Positions 37,604 to 47,017 of a stretch of DNA of 64,000 nucleotides are shown here, piece by piece. The translations under genes and the position numbers were made by a program. This DNA comes from Thermoleophilia bacterium. Its GTDB lineage: Bacteria > Actinomycetota > Thermoleophilia > RBG-16-64-13. Every line of letters begins with the position of its first letter. The stretch's first letter is position 1. The stretch lies in assembly GCA_026415615.1 (NCBI GenBank), contig JAOAGT010000003.1:103077-167076 (forward strand), read 5' to 3'. The notes beneath the pieces were generated by a model. It was not told where the DNA came from. It ran no database searches and saw only the letters and a program-made list of their open reading frames with translations.

Positions 37604-38350
37604 TTATAGGATGTTCTCCAAACCCACTACGAGTCCTTGTATCTGCCGGACTCGCTTGATAGCCAAAATCACCCCGGGCATGAAGGACTCTCGCGACAGA
37701 GAATCATGCCTTATGGTCAGGATTTCGCCCAAGCCTCCGAAAATGACCTCCTGATGTGCAACCAGCCCGGGAAGTCGCACGGAATGGATCGGGAGTTCCT
37801 TATCTGCCCCTTTTTGTCGCCACACTTCTTGAATGCGACTCCGGGTCAGGCGGGAAGTCCCAGAGGGAGCATCAAGCTTAGCCTGATGGTGCAGCTCTAT
37901 GATCTCGCAGGCATCGAAGAATTTGGCCGCCTGTTGCGCAAACTGCATCATAAGCACTGCACCCATCGCGAAATTCGGCGCCACCAGGACTGACGTCTTA
38001 GCTTTTCGCGCGGCCTCATCGATTTCGGCGAGATCGTCTGGACCCAGACCTGTCGTCCCTACCACTACAGGCACACCAAGACTGATACACGTGAGCACGT
38101 TCTCAAGAACGGCAGCAGGAGTGGTGAAATCTACCACTACGTCGGGCCTAGTATTAATTATCGCCTCCCGCAGGTCGCGGAAACGCTCACCCCGCCCTTT
38201 TGTTCCCAGCTCCTCCTGGGTATAGGCGGGGTCTACGGCAGCCACCAACTGGAGTTCTTTGTCGGCAACCACCGCCTCACAAGTCAGCGCTCCCATCCTG
38301 CCGCGGGCTCCAGCTACGGCTACACGCAACTGACCAGATTCCACGTCCAT
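37604..38350 (-). CDS. dapB: 4-hydroxy-tetrahydrodipicolinate reductase
   Basis: GARGRMG, DFT, GTTG, ELHHQAKLDAPSGT. Confidence 0.95.
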   Translation of the reverse strand: MDVESGQLRVAVAGARGRMGALTCEAVVADKELQLVAAVDPAYTQEELGTKGRGERFRDLREAIINTRPDVVVDFTTPAAVLENVLTCISLGVPVVVGTTGLGPDDLAEIDEAARKAKTSVLVAPNFAMGAVLMMQFAQQAAKFFDACEIIELHHQAKLDAPSGTSRLTRSRIQEVWRQKGADKELPIHSVRLPGLVAHQEVIFGGLGEILTIRHDSLSRESFMPGVILAIKRVRQIQGLVVGLENIL

Positions 38351-38370
38351 GTCGACGGCTCCCTTCTCAC

Positions 38371-39648
38371 CTACATCAAGCTGGAGAGACAATCTTCGGG
38401 CACCACCTTGGCAAAGGTATCTTCGTCGCAACCAATACCTACAACCGAGAGAGACGATGGCCGGTACACCTCGTTGGCCAAAGCCAGCAGCTGTTCGCTT
38501 GTAACCGCCTCTATACGCCGCTCAAGTTCATCTACCGACAATATCTCGGTGCCGGTTACCACTCCTTTGCCAAGTCTGGTCATCCGACTTGAAGTGCTCT
38601 CCATGCCAAGAATCAGTCTTCCCTTAAGATGCTCCTTGGCTCTTCTTAGCTCCTCTTCAGGGACAGGTTCGGTTACCAGACGCACAACTTCTTTCCCCAC
38701 CACTTCCATCACAGCGTCAAGCCGCTCAGGCCTGCAGCCGAAGTAGAGACCGGTAAGGCCAGTCTCTTGGTAGAGGGCGGAAAACGAATAGATGCTGTAG
38801 ACAAGTCCGCGCTTCTCCCTCACCTCCTGGAACAAACGCGAGCTCAAACATCCACCAAACAGGCTGTCAAGAACCGACAGCTGAAAACGACGCTCATCAT
38901 CGCGGGCAAGACCCAACCCTCCCACACAGACGTGCATCTGCTCGGTGTCCTTCGTCAGAAAGTAACGCCGCGGTTTTGCCACCGGAGCCAGAGTCGGGCG
39001 TCCCACCTCGCCACTTCCCGGACGGTCATGTAGTTTGAGTAACAGCTCTCGCAGCTGGTCATGGTCAAGGCTCCCGGCTGCAGCCACCACCATATCTCCA
39101 AACTGAAAACGCCTCCGGTGATATGAGCGAATATCCTCTTCGCTTACCCCGGAAATGGTGTCCTTGGTGCCCAGGATGGGGTGCGCCAACGGATGGCCGT
39201 CTAGCACCACCTCGGCCAGCACGTCGTGAATTAGGTCCTGGGGCGAATCTTCCACCATGGCAATCTCCTCCAGGACAACCTCCCGCTCTTGCTCAAAATC
39301 GGCAAAGGTGGGAGTAAGCAGCATGTCGGTCATCACGTCCAAGGCCGGCTCCAAGTGCTCGTCTAAGAAGCGACCGTAAACCACCACATACTCGCGGGAG
39401 GTGCTGGCGTTAAGTTCGCCGCCGAGGGAATCAAAAACCTGGGCTATCTCTTCTGCCGTGTAACGCGAGGAGCCCTTGAATAGGAGATGTTCGATGAAAT
39501 GGGTGGCTCCAGCCAGCCCTGGAGGCTCGTCTCGCGAGCCTGTCGGGATCCAGAAGCCAAGAGAGATCGATCGAACGTGATCGATTCTCTCTGTGATTAG
39601 CTGCTGGCCAGTAGGAAGTTGTTCAAGGCGGTATTCTTCAGCGCCCAC
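38371..39648 (-). CDS. M16 family zinc peptidase
   Basis: HFIEHLLFKG inverted zincin motif; SSRLFQEVREKRGL. Confidence 0.93.
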   Translation of the reverse strand: MGAEEYRLEQLPTGQQLITERIDHVRSISLGFWIPTGSRDEPPGLAGATHFIEHLLFKGSSRYTAEEIAQVFDSLGGELNASTSREYVVVYGRFLDEHLEPALDVMTDMLLTPTFADFEQEREVVLEEIAMVEDSPQDLIHDVLAEVVLDGHPLAHPILGTKDTISGVSEEDIRSYHRRRFQFGDMVVAAAGSLDHDQLRELLLKLHDRPGSGEVGRPTLAPVAKPRRYFLTKDTEQMHVCVGGLGLARDDERRFQLSVLDSLFGGCLSSRLFQEVREKRGLVYSIYSFSALYQETGLTGLYFGCRPERLDAVMEVVGKEVVRLVTEPVPEEELRRAKEHLKGRLILGMESTSSRMTRLGKGVVTGTEILSVDELERRIEAVTSEQLLALANEVYRPSSLSVVGIGCDEDTFAKVVPEDCLSSLM

Positions 39649-41782
39649 TGCGCCCCTTCGTAGACTCGTTGTCTTTTGCCGACAAGTTGCTGATAAGGCG
39701 CAGGCTTATCTTTTCTTTTCCGCCCTGCTGCTGGACATCGAGAACTTCTACCTTGACAAGGTCTCCACGGCTAACAACGTCTTCCACGTTGGTCACCCGC
39801 CGATCCGAAAGTCGTGAGATGTGAATGAGGCCATCAGTGCCTGGCTTAAGGGTGACAAACGCACCAAAAGACGTGGTCGCCGCCACGCGGCCCTCTATGA
39901 TATCGCCGGCTTGTACGTCTCGGGTGAGTAGCTCGATGCGTTTCATACAGGCGTCGCCCATTGACCCGTTGGTGGCAAATATCTTGATCAGGCCGTCCTC
40001 GCCTACGTCAATCGTGCAATCAAATTCGCTTTCCAAACCACGAATTGTCTCCCCGCCTTTACCGATGACCGCCCCGATCTTGTCAGGGTCGATACGCATG
40101 GTGGTGATGCGAGGAGCATACTCTGAAAGGTGAGGCCGCGGCTCAGCAATAACTTCGGTAATCTTCTTCAAGATAAACATTCTTGCTTCCCGCGCCCTTT
40201 GGAGCGCTTCCCGCATAATGGCAAAAGTCACTCCCTGGATCTTGATGTCCATTTGCAGCGCGGTAACGCCCACCTCAGTGCCAGCGACCTTGAAGTCCAT
40301 GTCACCAAGATGGTCCTCCACACCAGCGATGTCTGTGAGGATGACGTAGTCATCGCCTTCCTTGATCAAACCCATCGCGATGCCGGCAACAGGCCTCTTG
40401 ATTGGGACCCCGGCATCCATGAGAGCTAGTGTAGAGGCACACACACTGGCCATAGAGCTGGAGCCATTAGACTCTAGTGTCTCCGATACCAGACGTATGG
40501 TGTACGGGAAAACCTCCTCGTCCGGTATTACTGGGGCCAAAGCCCGTTCCGCCAGAGCACCGTGGCCGATCTCCCGACGGCTTGGTCCGCGCATAAAGCC
40601 AGCCTCTCCCACACAGAAGGGTGGGAACTTATAGTGATGCATGAACCGCTTTGATTCTTCGACATCCAGGCCGTCAATACGCTGCTCGTCACGCTCGGCG
40701 CCCAAGGTAAGCAAGGTGAGAACCTGGGTTTGACCCCTGGTGAAAAGTCCCGAGCCATGCGTACGCGGGGCCACGCCTACCTCACACGTAATGGGTCTTA
40801 TCTCATCCAGGGCTCGCCCATCTGGCCGTTTCTTCTCAACAGCAATGGTCCGGCGTACGATCTCTTTCTCAACGGCGTCAAATGCACGAGAGAGCTCAGC
40901 TATCTCAGCAGCCGGGTCCTCGGAATCTTCGGCCGGGGGCCAGGTGGCAAGTACCTCCTGCTTAACAGCCGCAACAGCATTGGCTCGCTCATGCTTGTCA
41001 AAGACGTTTGAGGCTTCGCGAATCTCGCCGCCAAAACGGGCCTTGATCTTGTCCATCAGAAGCCGGTCGGGCAACCGCTCGATAAACTCCATCTTGGGTT
41101 TGCCCACTTCGGCAGCCCAGGCCCGGATGACCTCGGCCTGTTTCTTAATCGCTTCGTGTGCGACCTCAAGCCCAGCAAGGATTTCCTCTTCTTCCACTTC
41201 GTGACAGCCGGCTTCCACCATGGTAATAGCATCGACAGTGCCAGCCACTACCAGGTTTATGGGGCTCTTTTCGATTTCAGAATACGTTGGGTTGATCACC
41301 CATGACCCATCCACCTTGGCCACTCTCACCGCTCCCACAGGCCCCAAGAACGGAGCTTCGGACAGACTAAGCGCCGCTGAAGCTCCCGCGACAGCAAGCA
41401 CGTCGTAAGGATTGGCCTTATCGACAGAAAGAACTGTCGCCACAATGTGTGTCTCGCGATTGAAGCCTTTAGGCCACAGGGGCCGAATGGGTCGGTCGAT
41501 GAGCCTTGCGTTTAGAATTGCCTGATCGCTGGGCCTGCCTTCTTTCTTAATAAAGCCGCCGGGTATTTTGCCGGCGGCGTACATCCCCTCTTCAACGTCA
41601 ACCGTAAGCGGGAAAAAGTCCACGTTCCTCTCGGCACTTGATACCACCGCGGTGACAAGCACCATTGTATCCCCGCTCCGGACCACAACGGCTCCACTGG
41701 CCTGCTTGGCCAGTCTGCCGGTCTCGAAGGTGATTCTCCGATCACCCAACACAACTTCTATCGTACTTACTCCACTGCCCAC
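39638..41782 (-). CDS. pnp: Polynucleotide phosphorylase
   Basis: RRE.GHG.LAERAL, SNGSSSMAS, GDMDFKVAG, KH and S1 domains. Confidence 0.97.
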   Translation of the reverse strand: MGSGVSTIEVVLGDRRITFETGRLAKQASGAVVVRSGDTMVLVTAVVSSAERNVDFFPLTVDVEEGMYAAGKIPGGFIKKEGRPSDQAILNARLIDRPIRPLWPKGFNRETHIVATVLSVDKANPYDVLAVAGASAALSLSEAPFLGPVGAVRVAKVDGSWVINPTYSEIEKSPINLVVAGTVDAITMVEAGCHEVEEEEILAGLEVAHEAIKKQAEVIRAWAAEVGKPKMEFIERLPDRLLMDKIKARFGGEIREASNVFDKHERANAVAAVKQEVLATWPPAEDSEDPAAEIAELSRAFDAVEKEIVRRTIAVEKKRPDGRALDEIRPITCEVGVAPRTHGSGLFTRGQTQVLTLLTLGAERDEQRIDGLDVEESKRFMHHYKFPPFCVGEAGFMRGPSRREIGHGALAERALAPVIPDEEVFPYTIRLVSETLESNGSSSMASVCASTLALMDAGVPIKRPVAGIAMGLIKEGDDYVILTDIAGVEDHLGDMDFKVAGTEVGVTALQMDIKIQGVTFAIMREALQRAREARMFILKKITEVIAEPRPHLSEYAPRITTMRIDPDKIGAVIGKGGETIRGLESEFDCTIDVGEDGLIKIFATNGSMGDACMKRIELLTRDVQAGDIIEGRVAATTSFGAFVTLKPGTDGLIHISRLSDRRVTNVEDVVSRGDLVKVEVLDVQQQGGKEKISLRLISNLSAKDNESTKGRSGR

Positions 41783-41884
41783 TTCTTGTAATCTCCCGTC
41801 TGAGGGCTCCCGGCCCTCCGCTAAAGTAAATATCTTCTTTCTCCCCTGCCACCAAGAACCTAAACCGCTTTGGCTCTGCTGCAG

Positions 41885-42151
41885 TTACCGCCGCAGACCG
41901 AGCTCCTGGATCACCTGACGGTAGCGCTCCATATCCTGAGTCTGAAGATAGTTTAGTAAACGCCGCCGCTGACCTACCATCATCAGAAGACCGCGTCTTG
42001 AATGATGGTCCTTCTTGTGAACCTTCAAGTGCTCTGTCAGATTGTTTATCCTCTCGGTCAAAATGGCGATCTGCACCTCCGGTGACCCGGTATCGGCCGG
42101 ATGTTTTTGAAACTTTGCGATGATTTCCTGCTTGCGCTCCTTAGTTAGCAT
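41885..42151 (-). CDS. rpsO: 30S ribosomal protein S15
   Basis: [25 protein letters not shown]. Confidence 0.98.
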   Translation of the reverse strand: MLTKERKQEIIAKFQKHPADTGSPEVQIAILTERINNLTEHLKVHKKDHHSRRGLLMMVGQRRRLLNYLQTQDMERYRQVIQELGLRR

Positions 42152-42309
42152 CAAGACCTCCAATTTTTCCGTGCTCCCAGCGAGAACTCCTTGGTTCAGG
42201 CCGAGATGCAGGTTCCACTACTCGCGGTCATCATCCCTCCGCAAACAGCGTCAGGTTTGTGATCCGCGTCTTACTCCAGAACAAACATCTGGAGCAGTGG
42301 AGTAGGTTA
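42152..42309 (-). promoter_or_regulatory. rpsO promoter and ~145-nt structured leader (putative S15 autoregulatory element)
   Basis: TGgTAACCT extended -10; CTCCAGA..TCTGGAG hairpin; position is typical of S15 leaders. Confidence 0.45.
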
Positions 42310-42358
42310 CCACAGGGAGAGCCAAAGCGAGCTTTCCCGGGCTAAAGCAGAGTCTCTA

Positions 42359-43444
42359 TCACTGACCGCCCACCAGACGGGCGAATGTGGCAAGGGATAA
42401 ACCCGCCTGGATCCTAGCCCGCTTGATCTCAAAGATAGTTTGCGGGGCTGGCTTCCCACCCTTATCGGTAGACACCGCAAGTGAATATCCCGCTTCCTTG
42501 GCAGCGAGGATCACTTGCGAGTTGTAGGCTCCCGCTGGATAGGCAAGAGCGTACACTGGCGCGCCGACTTCTTGTTCAATCACAGCCCGGGAGTCGGCCA
42601 GCTCTCGGGCTAGCTTGCTTGATGAGATCTTAGTGAGGTCGGGATGAGAAACCGTGTGTGACTGAACCGCCATGCCCGCCTGAGCCATTTCTCGAAGTTG
42701 TTCCCATGTCATTTGACCTTCTTTTCCTACGCGCGAGGTAATCACAAAGAAGGTAGCCGTAAAGCCGTAACGCTGCAGTAGAGAAAATGCCACTTCGTAG
42801 TTATCCAATCCTCCATCATCGAAGGTAAGCACCACGGCCTTGCTTGGAAGAGCAAGTGCCCCGGCCATTGCCAGGTACACGTCTGCCAAACTCACCGTGG
42901 AGAACCCATTCGAACGCAGATACTCCAGTTGCCGTACAAAATCCGGGGTCCGTACTGTAAGGGAGTCTGCGTATGGACCCGCCGGAGGCGGTGTCTCATC
43001 AACGTAGTGGTACATAAGCACTGGCACACTGACCGCTTTGGCACTCGACGGCAAAGGAGCAAAAAGCACGGCAAGCTCTTCCGGCGTGTAGGTTTCAGAC
43101 GAAGACGGGGTAGACTGCGTGGTATCGGAGGGCGAAGTACTTTCCGTGTCCCCCGATGAAATCCCACCAAACGGCGAAGTTTCTGAGGAAGAAGCCTGCG
43201 TGGTCGACGAAGCGCTTTGGTTAACCGTCTGGGAAGATTGTCCGGATGACGCGGCTTTAAGCTCAGAAGCAAATGTCCAGGGCATCTCCCGAGCACCAGG
43301 ACCAGACCGCACAAGGGCCCCCACCATCGCCACCACAACAACAGCCCCCAAGAGCACCGCAACCCCGAGCCAGCGCTCGCGGCCGACCGAGCGGCGGCGC
43401 CGCTGCGCTGATATTATCGTGCCTGGTTCTTGTCGAGCTCTCAC
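42359..43444 (-). CDS. Membrane-anchored polysaccharide deacetylase (CE4)
   Basis: TM helix and Ser/Thr linker; VLMYH, LTFDDG, SHTVSH, AYPAG. Confidence 0.88.
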   Translation of the reverse strand: MRARQEPGTIISAQRRRRSVGRERWLGVAVLLGAVVVVAMVGALVRSGPGAREMPWTFASELKAASSGQSSQTVNQSASSTTQASSSETSPFGGISSGDTESTSPSDTTQSTPSSSETYTPEELAVLFAPLPSSAKAVSVPVLMYHYVDETPPPAGPYADSLTVRTPDFVRQLEYLRSNGFSTVSLADVYLAMAGALALPSKAVVLTFDDGGLDNYEVAFSLLQRYGFTATFFVITSRVGKEGQMTWEQLREMAQAGMAVQSHTVSHPDLTKISSSKLARELADSRAVIEQEVGAPVYALAYPAGAYNSQVILAAKEAGYSLAVSTDKGGKPAPQTIFEIKRARIQAGLSLATFARLVGGQ

Positions 43445-43462
43445 ATCAATCTATTGCCCGGC

Positions 43463-44431
43463 TCAAGCAGGCCCGTGGTCCTCACGCGACTGACCGCGAA
43501 GGCGCGCATGTGCCTGCCGAGCCACCTCAATATCCCGTCTTATGGCCTTCGCCAGTTCATTCGCGTCCGAAAAAGCAGCCTGCTCCCGAATTCGTTCCAA
43601 GAAGTCAACGGCAAGCCAGCGGCGGTACAGATTTCCCGAGAAATCAAGCAGAAGAGTCTCCACCGTCAGCTCTTGGCCGCCGAAAGTAGGATTGGTGCCA
43701 ACACTGGTGATCGAGTCGGCCTCAAATTTTCCGTCGACGGTTGACCGACTTACATACACGCCAGGTCGAGGAAGTGCAACTTCCCCGTCCACTCTTACAT
43801 TCGCGGTGGGGGCGCTTAGCGTCCTTCCTCGCCCGGCTCCAGGCACCACCAGGCCTTCCACTCGATGTGGACGGCCGAGAAGTCTCGCCGCCTCCTCCAC
43901 CTGTCCTTCGTTCAGAAGCTGGCGAATCCGCGTGCTGGATATAACGTCGCCATCGTCTCTCGCCAGCTCTATGGCATAGACCGCAAAACCGTGCACTGCG
44001 CCAAAGACCTCAAGGTGCTCGGCCGTACCCTCACCCCTATGACCAAACCGGAAGTTCTCTCCCACGTACACCGCCCGCACCCCAAGTCGCGAAGAAAGCA
44101 CCCGCTCGCAGAAGGCCTGTGGCGAGAGCTGCGAGAACTCGGCGTCAAAGGTGACAACGACCATCTCATCCAGGCCCAGCTCTGCGAGCAGAAAAGCCTT
44201 TCGCTCTAGCGTGGTAAGCAGAGGAGGAGCTCCCTCCTTACGGAGAACTGCATCGGGGTGAGGGTGAAAGGTGACTGCGGTAACTGTTGCGCCGATTGCG
44301 CGGCCGTGCTCGACCGCTCGCTGTAGGATCCTTTGATGGCCGCGGTGCACCCCGTCAAATACCCCGATGGCGGCCACCCTTCCCCGCGCTGGAGCACCGC
44401 CAACCTCTTCCAAAGAACGATATACCCGCAT
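43463..44431 (-). CDS. ribF: Bifunctional riboflavin kinase/FAD synthetase
   Basis: GVFDGVHRGH, ISSTRIR, PTAN, GVY, GTNPTF. Confidence 0.95.
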   Translation of the reverse strand: MRVYRSLEEVGGAPARGRVAAIGVFDGVHRGHQRILQRAVEHGRAIGATVTAVTFHPHPDAVLRKEGAPPLLTTLERKAFLLAELGLDEMVVVTFDAEFSQLSPQAFCERVLSSRLGVRAVYVGENFRFGHRGEGTAEHLEVFGAVHGFAVYAIELARDDGDVISSTRIRQLLNEGQVEEAARLLGRPHRVEGLVVPGAGRGRTLSAPTANVRVDGEVALPRPGVYVSRSTVDGKFEADSITSVGTNPTFGGQELTVETLLLDFSGNLYRRWLAVDFLERIREQAAFSDANELAKAIRRDIEVARQAHARLRGQSREDHGPA

Positions 44432-44440
44432 TCCCTGTCT

Positions 44441-45310
44441 CTATCCTCTTGGCATCACAACGACCGGCCGCGCTATGTCTTGCTCGCCCTCGTACACAGC
44501 AATTAAGCCGCGCGGCCCATGAACACGGAACTTCCCCTTGCGGTACGCAGGCAGATCGTTTCCGTTCTCAGCCATGCGAGCAAGATTGTCTGCGACATAA
44601 TAAGCCGGCAAAAAACGGAGGGCCTCGTCCACCGAGAGAACTCCTTGCCCGCCTTGTAAATACAGTTGATACGAAAGGTCCTCTGGCTTGAGCGCCTCGC
44701 AAACACAGAAGCCTCCCACTCGAGTGCGTCTAAGGGCAAGCGCATATCCCCCGGTTCCTACAGCTGCCCCAAGGTCAGCAGCAAGAACACGAATGTAGGT
44801 ACCGCTTGAAACCAGTGCTACAAAGCTCCCTTGCTGCTTTTCTTCGTCAAACTCGATCAGACTAAGATCGTAGATCGTGACCTCACGCTCGGGAGTTTCT
44901 ACGGACTCTCCCCGGTGAGCCCGCTGGTACAAGGGCTTGCCGTTGACTTTGACCGCCGAGGTCATGGGCACTCGCTGTCGCACGCGTCCCAAGAACTGCC
45001 CTAGCACTTCTACCACCTGACGAGCAGTTGTCTGCTTGCCTGTAGGGTTTATGTCACCAGTTGGGTCGCCAGTAGCAGAAACCGCTCCAAACTGCACTAT
45101 GAACTCATATTCCTTGGGCAGACCCATAAGAAGACTTGAAACTCGTGTGGCAGATCCCACGAGGAGCAAGAGAAGCCCGCTGGCAAACGGATCTAGGGTG
45201 CCAGCGTGCCCCAGTTTAACCGACAACCCTCGCTTGGCCACTCTGACAATGTCGTAACTGGTCGGCCCGACCGGTTTGTCCACAAGCACCACACAGGAGG
45301 GGGAAGCCAT
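44441..45310 (-). CDS. truB: tRNA pseudouridine(55) synthase
   Basis: DKP, GHAGTLDPFASG, SSGTYIR. Confidence 0.95.
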   Translation of the reverse strand: MASPSCVVLVDKPVGPTSYDIVRVAKRGLSVKLGHAGTLDPFASGLLLLLVGSATRVSSLLMGLPKEYEFIVQFGAVSATGDPTGDINPTGKQTTARQVVEVLGQFLGRVRQRVPMTSAVKVNGKPLYQRAHRGESVETPEREVTIYDLSLIEFDEEKQQGSFVALVSSGTYIRVLAADLGAAVGTGGYALALRRTRVGGFCVCEALKPEDLSYQLYLQGGQGVLSVDEALRFLPAYYVADNLARMAENGNDLPAYRKGKFRVHGPRGLIAVYEGEQDIARPVVVMPRG

Positions 45311-45313
45311 TTC

Positions 45314-46321
45314 TCACTCCGGCTGCAAGAGCTCTCTCAGTCGAGTTTCAAGCCACCTGACAACCTGATCTGCGTCAGCCTGAACGGTGAAGCCGGCAGC
45401 CCTAACATGTCCTCCTCCCCCCACCTCATGAGCAAGCGCAGCCACATCCACGCTCCCGTCAGTGGAACGAAGACTAGCTTTGGTCTCCACCCCTTGTTTC
45501 CCGATCCTCTCCCTTAGTAACACCGCCACTCGGACGCCCCGAAGCAGCCGTATGGTGTCGATGATGCCTTCGGCTTGCCCCTCATCTGCACCAAACTCAG
45601 CGAAGTCACCATTTAGAAGCCTCGATATGGCCAAGGCTCCGTCTAGACGGACTTCCAGGCGACTGAGGGCCCTCCCAAGAAGCTGCAACTTTGACAACGG
45701 CAGACTCTCGTACACAAGTCGACAAACCGCACTAGCGTCAACCCCGCGTTCAAGCAACTCTGCCGCCAGCCGGTGCGCTTGCGGTGTCGTGTTGGAAAAC
45801 TGGAATTTGCCCGTATCCGTGACAAGACCAACATACAACGCAGTAGCCACCTGAGCGTCGATAGGCAAGTCGCCCGCACAAAAGATCTCGTAAAGCAAAG
45901 CAGTGCTAGAAGGAGCCGTGGGCGCCACAAGGTTTATATCACCAAACAAGGGGTTGTCTTGGTGATGGTCAATATTGACGCGCACCGCCCCAGAAGGAAT
46001 CTCCCCCGAAGTGGAGCGCGCTAGAGACGCGCAGTCAAGAAAATAGAAAGTGGCCTCCGGAATATCAGGCAGGTGGTCGCCTCGGACAATTTCTTCGAGC
46101 CGCGGGAGAAAAGCATACTCCTGGGGAAAGCTCGCTCCACCGGGGACAAAACCGACACATCTTATCCCCAACCTTTCGCACATCAATAGAACAGCGGAAA
46201 GACATCCCAGCGCGTCACCATCGGGCGCCTCATGAGAAACGGCAATAACGGCCTTCTCGGTCTTGAAGCGCTCGGCGATGACAACTGCAACTGAACGCTC
46301 CGGCTCTGCCAGAATGCTCAT
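45314..46321 (-). CDS. nrnA: DHH/DHHA1 phosphoesterase (NrnA-like)
   Basis: PDGDA, IDHH, TDTG, GGGGHVRAAG. Confidence 0.9.
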   Translation of the reverse strand: MSILAEPERSVAVVIAERFKTEKAVIAVSHEAPDGDALGCLSAVLLMCERLGIRCVGFVPGGASFPQEYAFLPRLEEIVRGDHLPDIPEATFYFLDCASLARSTSGEIPSGAVRVNIDHHQDNPLFGDINLVAPTAPSSTALLYEIFCAGDLPIDAQVATALYVGLVTDTGKFQFSNTTPQAHRLAAELLERGVDASAVCRLVYESLPLSKLQLLGRALSRLEVRLDGALAISRLLNGDFAEFGADEGQAEGIIDTIRLLRGVRVAVLLRERIGKQGVETKASLRSTDGSVDVAALAHEVGGGGHVRAAGFTVQADADQVVRWLETRLRELLQPE

Positions 46322-46707
46322 GGCTCGCTCTCCGCAGAGCCCTCCTCGTCTTCCTCATGCTTCTCGCTTGACCTGAGTAAGGCATCAATCCGCATGCCCT
46401 GGTCAATACTCGAATCATAGACAAACTCGAGGAAAGGCACGCGTTTGAGCGGTAACTCATCTCCTATGCGCCGCCGCAAGTAAGCACCGGCCGCCCGCAG
46501 ACCGACAAGCGTGGCCTCCTTATCTGCTTTCTTGCCATAGACAGAAACAAAGACTTTGGCATGCGACAGGTCAGGAGAAGTCTCGACTGCGGTAAGGGTA
46601 ACAAAGCCTATCCGCGGATCCTTTATGTCTTCGGCCAGAGCAGTGCCGATGATTTCACGAATCGCTTCGTTTACTCGCCGCATGCGATATGAGGGAGCGC
46701 TACCCAT
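46318..46707 (-). CDS. rbfA: Ribosome-binding factor A
   Basis: KDPRIG, SPDLSHAKVFVS, P.LEFVYD. Confidence 0.95.
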   Translation of the reverse strand: MGSAPSYRMRRVNEAIREIIGTALAEDIKDPRIGFVTLTAVETSPDLSHAKVFVSVYGKKADKEATLVGLRAAGAYLRRRIGDELPLKRVPFLEFVYDSSIDQGMRIDALLRSSEKHEEDEEGSAESEP

Positions 46708-47017
46708 CTACATCCACCACCTCTGTAGAGCACGTGGTTAGCATCCACTCCTGTGAGTCAAGATATATCCTTAGACGGTCTAAGTTGTCCTCCAATACTT
46801 GAAGGTCAGACGACGCCAAGGCCACCACTACTCGGGAACGCTGCCACAGCTCTTGGAATCCCACTTCGGCAAATGAAGCCCCGTACTTACGGTTGACCTG
46901 CTCCCGAATCCGGCGCAAGTACATGCGCTTACCCTTAAGCGAGCCGTTGTCCGGAAAGTACAGCTCAGCCGTAAGAATTCCTACAAAACCCTTGTTGCTT
47001 CGACTAGGTACGGGCAA
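46700..47017 (-). CDS. DUF503 (YlxP-like) protein
   Basis: SLKGKR, AEVGFQELWQRS; lies between infB and rbfA. Confidence 0.85.
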   Translation of the reverse strand: MPVPSRSNKGFVGILTAELYFPDNGSLKGKRMYLRRIREQVNRKYGASFAEVGFQELWQRSRVVVALASSDLQVLEDNLDRLRIYLDSQEWMLTTCSTEVVDVDG